Source: Azolla caroliniana | Lineage: Eukaryota; Plantae; Polypodiophyta | DNA: 64,000 nt | Direction: 5' to 3' | NCBI GenBank assembly: GCA_043228905.1 | Contig: JBHGNT010000001.1 | Coordinates: 11,036,001-11,100,000 of the forward strand | Part shown: positions 57,701-64,000 of the stretch, one piece after another | Numbering within the stretch: position 1 is the stretch's first letter | Layout of the letters: every line of letters begins with the position of its first letter | Notes under the pieces: model-generated | Seen by the model: only the letters and a program-made list of their open reading frames with translations | Database searches by the model: none | What the model was told of the DNA's origin: nothing | Position numbers and translations under genes: made by a program

Positions 57701-58868
57701 CATGGATATTCTTAGGGTACTCAGAAGATGAGTTTGGATACACGTTGTGGGATCTGGTTGATAAGAAAGTGGTGAGGAACCGTGATATTGTGTTTATGGA
57801 AGACAAGCCGATTGAAGATTGGATGCAACAGCCACTGTTGTCTTCCCAGCCGGTTGCCCTTATGGATTCTACACTTGCCGACTCTAGCCCTGTAGAGCCG
57901 GCCGGCATACAACAGCCGGGTAGATGCAGCCGAATCTGAGTCGATTGCTGTGGGAAGAAGATACCCACTCAGACAAAGAAAGGCATCCTCCCGATATCCA
58001 GCCTATCGCCAGTGAATATATTTTGCTGACTGATGAAAGTGAGCCGGAGTGTTTTAAAGAAGCCATGTCGGATGTGCACAATAGGGAGTGGTATAGTGCC
58101 ATTCAAGATGAGATAAATTCCTTGCAGGAGAATCACACACCTATGATCTGATGGAGCTGCTGAGGGAAAGAGAGCTCTTAGAAACAAGTGGGTTTTCAAA
58201 TTGAAAACTGGAGAAGACAGTTGCCCACCCAGATACAAAGCCCACATAGTGGTGAAGGGCTTTCAACAGAAAAAGGGCGACTTTGATGAGATCTTTGCTC
58301 CAGTTCTGAAGATGACATCCATTCAGATTGTTTTAAGTGTAGCTGCCAGTATGAATCTGGAGATTGAATTGTTGACATATTTCGGTAGTGATGTGTGTGA
58401 ACACACTTAGGACAACAGGGGCATTTTTTCCCTCTTTAGGAGGTTTTTTCCCCCTGTCTAAAAATACTCTTAGAACCCTAAAGTGGTGAAGCTTTTTGGG
58501 ATTCAATGCAAGAACCCAACAGTAGTATCAGAGCTACAAAGCGACATTTGAGCAGCAACACAACGGCTCTCATATGCAGTCCGTCTATGCCATCTGTGGT
58601 GGCGTTTTTCTGCTGTTGAGAAAACAAATTTCTGCGTGTTTTCTTTCTCTCCACAGTTTCAGTTGTGTTTTTTATTCTGCCTCCACGTCGATTCAATCCT
58701 AGAAAAAGCCTCCTTGAGTCTTCCAAGACATTCCTACAACCCTCAGAAATCAGATTTGCTTCCCTTTTCTCTTTGCTTGTTCATCTTTCAAGTCAAAGAG
58801 GTACGCTATTCCCTTTTATTCATTCAGCAGTTCATTTTTTTACATCAAAACGTGTTCAGTCCACGGCC

Positions 58869-61800
58869 ATGGCTGAGAACAACGATGTATTTCAAATGCT
58901 TGCTGTTGAGGATAAACTGGATGGAACAAATTACCCTCTTTGGGCTTATATGATGTGCCATGTATTGGTAGCAAAGGGGTTGTGGAATGTGGTTCAAGGG
59001 TCTGAAAAACGTCCTGTTGTTGAGAACACAAATGCTGATGGTATTGATTCAGTCGAGGATGTTGATCATCCTGCTGATGCCCATGCTACAGTTTCTATTA
59101 TACCAACTGCAGAGCAACTTCGTTGGGATGGCAGAGATGCTCAAGCACATGCTTTGTAGCTTTGTCTGTGAAGCGTGCCATTATTCCCCATGTTCACTCT
59201 TGCAAGACGGCAAAGGATGCTTGGGATACTCTTACCACTTTGTACCAAGCAAGAAATGAGGCTTGTGTTACTTATCTCCGAAAACAATTGGAGAGCAAGC
59301 ACATGAATGAAGGGGATTCTATGGACAGTTTTCTTACAAAAATCAAAGATTTAAAGGAACAATTAATTTCTGCTGATGAAATGATATCAGATAGTTCACT
59401 TGTGCAGACCGTTCTAAATGGTCTTCCTAATTCATATCAGAGTTTTGTTTCTACTCTTCGTTTAATGATGAAAGGCAATCCCAATGCCTTATCATTCAAG
59501 GAGCTAGTCTATGTTTTGTTACAGGAAGATCAGTCTAGGCAAAACAGGTCTATTATGCGTGTTGCAGATCAAGCTTTCCTAGCTAGTCAGAAGGGCAAAG
59601 GTAAATGGAACTCTTTTGCTAGCAAGCAAAGATTTGCTAATAATTCACAAGTGAATGAAAAAAAACAAGACCAGAAACAACAACTATTTTGCAAATATTG
59701 TAAAGGAATTGATCATATTATAAAGAACTGTCCAAAATTGGCAAAGAAAAAAGAGGCAAGACTCGTTGTTGCAGAAGTTTCTGCACCAAAAATAGAGTCT
59801 GCAAATCTTGTGCAGAATGAAGAATGGGCATTTACTATTGTTTGTAGTTTTGACCCATCTTCACCTGAACAATGTATGTCTGTTGCACAATCAAATGTTT
59901 GGTACTTCGACAGTGGCGCAAACAAACATATTACCTCGCAACGCAATTTCTTCACTTCATTGGAGCCTGCCCCTACAGGGAATACTATCACATGCGCCAA
60001 CAACTCATCTTATCCAGTTATGGGTGTTGGTAAGATCATTTTGACTACTGCTGATGGTAGTCCTTTCATCTTGTTAGATGCTTTGTTTGTGCCAAGGATC
60101 AAGAAAAATCTGTTGTCGGGTTGGCTTGGTTGTTAAATTTGTTGATGACAGGTGTACAGTTCATGATCTGTCCAATGGGGATATTATTATTGCTTCTGGC
60201 ATTTTATGTCGTGGGCTGTATAAGCTCATAGATTATGAACGATCTATAAATGATTCAGCCTATGCAATATAGGATTCTCAGGCTATTTCAGATGCAAAGA
60301 TTTGGCATGCACGCTTTGGTCATCTAAATTTTTCGCCTGCAGAAATCTGAAATGGTCTCCTCCTTGCCCAAACTTCAGGCACCTCGGAAGCATGTTTTTG
60401 AAGGCTGCATTTTGGGCAAAATGCATCGTTCATCCTTTCCAAAAGATGGTTCAGTTCGAGCTATGCAAAAATTGCAGCTTGTTCATAGTGATGTTTGTGG
60501 TCCTATGCAGACACATTCTCTTGGGAACTATCTTTATTTTGTGACTTTCATTGATGACTTTTCTAGGCATGCATGGGTACATCCATTGAAGGCAAACTCC
60601 GAAGTGTTTCTGTGCTTCAAACAATTTCTAGCTTTGGCTGAGAATTTGTCATCATGTAAAATGGGCACCCTCCGTTCTGATCGAGGGGGGGAGTATATGT
60701 CTTCTGAGTTTAATGCATTTCTGGCTGAACGTGGGATAAAACATCAGTGTACAGTGCCGTATACACCTCAACAAAATGGAGTTGCTGAAAGAAAGAACGG
60801 GTCACTCATGGAAATGGCGAGGTGTATGGTCAAAGTCAAGCCTTACCACATAGTTTTTGGCTTGAGGCTGTCATGTGTGCAGCATATGTACTTAACAGGT
60901 GTCCCACTAAAGCACTGCACTCTATCACTCCATATGAAGCTTGGCATGGCCAAAAGCCATCTGTTGCTCATCTGAGTGTTTTTGGTTGTTTGGCATATGC
61001 ATTAGTGCCTAAACAACAACGCAAAAAATTGGATGATAAAGCAGTGAAATGTATTTTTGTAGGATATAGTTCTGAAAGTAAAGGCTATCGTCTGTATCAT
61101 CCACAATCTAAACGCATTTTGGTTAGCCGTGATGTTTTTGTGGAGGATGCAATACAGCCACTTCTTTCATGTACGAAGGAGACATCAATTAGCTCCAAAG
61201 ATGTGTATGACACTTTGTTGCCTCTGTTTACAAGTGGACAATTAAGTGTTGACCCACTTGAGGCACCTTCTCAGCCTTTGGAAGCTACTCATAATGATGC
61301 AGATCATTCCATTTCTGATGCAGACTTACATGATGCACTTATTAATGAGAGGGCTGATATAGAAGAGGCAAAGACTGTGCCTAGATGGCTGTTGCAGACT
61401 TTGCAAGACAGTAAATTGGATTTTCCTTTGCCATACCGTACTCGTTCAACTTATCATAGTGCTGCTTTTGCATCAGATTGTTATGCAATGGCTGCCTCTA
61501 GTCTTTGCAATGAGAGTGAGCCTGTTTCTTTTGATGAAGCACAAAATTCAGAAAATTGGATGGCTGCTATGCAATCAGAATATGAGGCTATTATGAAGAT
61601 TGGTACATGGTCTTTATGTGACTTGCCTCCTAGCAAGAAGGCTATTAGCACTAAGTGGGTATATAAGCTAAAACGTAAACCTGATGGAACAATTGACAGG
61701 TATAAGGCTAGGCTTGTTGTGAAAGGTTATGCCCAAGAAAAAGGCATTGATTTTGATGAGACCTTTGCTCCCACCTGCCGTATGACTACTGTTCGTAGCA

Positions 61801-63038
61801 TCTGTGCAATTGCAGCTCATCGTGGTTGGAATGTACATTAGTTGGACATTAAAACAACATTTTTCAATGGTGATCTTCATGAGGAAGTGTATGTATCCCA
61901 GCCCCGTGGTTTTGTGCAAAAAGGGTATGAACACAAAGTGTGCAAGTTGCGAAAGGCATTATATGGCTTGAAGCAAGCACCGTGTTCTTGGTATGAAAAG
62001 ATACATGCCTATTTGATTGCATTTGGGTTTGAGAATAGTCCAACTGAAAGCACCTTATATGTTAGGCGTGCTGATGATGTATTTCTGATCATGATGTTGC
62101 TCACTGGTCCCAATGAGAAGCATATTGCTAACTTTAAGGCTGATTTGCATGCCTCTTTTGAGATGTCAGATTTGGGGCATTTGCATCATTATTTGGGCAT
62201 TCAATTTATGCAAGTTGATGGTGGAATAGCTTTGTGTCAATCGAAATACATTGACACATTATTGCAGCGTTTTGGCCTTGAAGACTGTAAACCTATTGCC
62301 ACTCCCATGGAGAAAGGTTTACATTTGAGCCTTCATGATGCTGGAGATGCATTTGATACTGTTCTCTATCAGCAGGCAGTTGGATGCTTGATTTACTTAT
62401 GCATAACCCCACCTGACATTCAGTTTGCTGTCTCTCAGATGAGCAGGTTTATGCATTGCCCAGGAGTTAAGCATTGGCAGGCAGTTAAGCACATCTTTCG
62501 CTGCTTGAGTGGTACCCGGTCACTTGGGTTGTTTTATCCCAAGGGGGGATCACTACCGCCAGACCTGCATGCTTTTTCTGACTCTGATTGGGCTGGTTGT
62601 TATGACACTCGTGTGTCCACAAGTGGTTTTTGCTTCATGCTTGGTAGCTCATGCATATCTTGGTTGAGCAAGAAGCAGCCTATTGTGGCCACTTCTAGTT
62701 GTGAGGCTGAGTATAGGGCAGCTTTCATAGCTACAATTGAGTGTGTGTGGCTCAGACGCCTTTTAGCTGATTTGGGTGTTGGTCAGTCTTCTGCCACCAC
62801 CATCTTCACTGACAGTCAAAGCGCAATGGCAGTTGCGAGGAACCCTGTGTTCCATGCTCGCACTAAGCACATCGAGGTGCATTATCACTATGTCAGGGAA
62901 AGGTTCTCTGCTAGAGAGATCAGTTTGGCTTATGTGCCCACGCAGGAGAACATTGCAGACCTCTTCACAAAGGCTCTGCCTAGGGAGAAGTTTGAAGCTT
63001 TCCGCAAAGCGTTAGGCCTACTACCATTTGTGGATTGA
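58869..63038 (+). pseudogene. gag-pol: Copia gag-pol, frameshifted
   Basis: KLDGTNYPLW, CKYC..H..NC, WYFDSGA, RSDRGGEY, YKARLVVKG, SDSDWAG, ADLFTK. The YVDD motif appears to be deleted. Confidence 0.9.
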
Positions 63039-63133
63039 TCTCTATCCACGTAGCTTGGCACTTGCTTAGCCATGAGTGCTAGCTCCTTGTTCACCACATC
63101 ACTCCCAAGGGGGATTTGTTGACATATTTCGGT

Positions 63134-63266
63134 AGTGATGTGTGTGAACACACTTAGGACAGTGTTGTGTGAACACACTTAGGATAGTGATGTGTGTGAA
63201 CACACTTAGGACAGTGATGTGTGTGAACACACTTAGGACAGTGATGTGTGTGAACACACTTAGGAC
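63134..63266 (+). repeat. 27-bp tandem repeat, 5 copies, in the 3' LTR
   Basis: AGTGATGTGTGTGAACACACTTAGGAC (one copy is 25 bp); the 5' LTR has a single copy. Confidence 0.92.
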
Positions 63267-64000
63267 AACATGGGCATTTTTTCCCTCTTTAGGAGGTTTT
63301 TTCCCCTTGTCTAAAAATATTCTTAGAACCCTAAAGTGGTGAAGCTTTTTGGGATTCAAAGCAAGAACCCAACATGAACGGTTGGATGTAAAAACAACAT
63401 TCCTACATGGTGAATTGGAATAGGAAATCTATATGCAGCAAGCTGAGGGTTTCGACGTGAAAGGAAAGGAAAATCTTGTATGCAGGTTGAGGAAGAGTTT
63501 GTATGGATTGAAACAAGCTCCTTGACAATGGTATAAGAAGTTTGAATCCTTCATGCTGAAACATAGTTTCCACAAAACACAAGCCAATCATTGTGTATTT
63601 GTGAAGAGGTACGATGAAGGTGATTTTCTGATTCTCCTACTTTATGTAGATGATATGCTGGTTGTCAAACTGGATTCTAACAAGATTGCAAGTTTCAGAT
63701 TTTGGGAATGCACGTAGTCCCGGACAGGACTAAAAATATGCTATGGTTGTCACAAGAGAAATATGTGACAAAAGTATTACAAAGGTTAAATATGTATAAT
63801 GCAAAACTTGTTGGATCTACACTGCTGGTGAACTTTAAACTGAATTCTGGTCAATGTCAGAAAAGTGAAAAGGTTAAGGCTCAGACGGAAAAGGTGCCGT
63901 ATGCCTCAGCTGTTTGTAGCCTAATGTATGCCATGGTTTGTACTAGGCTGGACATTGCCTTTGTTGTTGGAACAGTCAGCTGATTTATGAGCAATCTTGG

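Larger units (their letters stand above)
58370..63374 (+). mobile_element. Inner Ty1/Copia with short, unequal LTRs
   Basis: LTRs 58370-58521 (152 bp) and 63117-63374 (258 bp), TSD TGAAT/TGAAC, PBS 58523-58534, PPT ~63108-63114. Confidence 0.93.
55136..64000 (+). mobile_element. Degenerate Ty1/Copia (Tnt1/Tork-like), running past the window end
   Basis: LTR ~55136-55827, PBS TGGTAATCAGAGC 55831-55843, gag CFYCGTLGHFQKNC, integrase GNGGEY..TPELNG, and RT split at 58369/63380 by an inner Copia. Confidence 0.88.

Overview
Eukaryotic, TE-rich land-plant DNA, probably a non-seed plant such as a fern (inferred from a self-priming Tcn1-like chromovirus and TE-filled introns). Bases 346-41460 are one nested stack inside a degenerate Gypsy chromovirus (paired LTRs, CTCTC TSD). 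It contains a young intact chromovirus (4906-10573), a TRIM-like Trp-PBS element, a gag-only Gypsy (12632-27506) holding a non-chromovirus Gypsy (14827-24809), a Copia (31666-37337) and a solo LTR (37405-37860). Removing these insertions reveals the main finding: a probable DNA transposon with a Sola1/DUF7869-like transposase (+, 38268-~40050) head-to-head with a six-exon spliced gene (-, 31256-12126). That gene encodes a ParB-like domain fused to a prokaryote-type beta-class N4C/N6A DNA methyltransferase (DIPY ... QKP ... LDLF), and its first intron holds an array of TCGA-containing palindromes. This copy is a pseudogene. The right part of the window has a DUF7036-like host gene with an intronic Mutator-like MITE, the 3' end of a C2-domain gene, and two nested Copia elements. 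Other unusual signals are tRNA-like Pol III boxes in three LTR families and a Gypsy with a tRNA-Arg site where the polypurine tract should be. All calls come from reading the sequence by eye; no searches were run.
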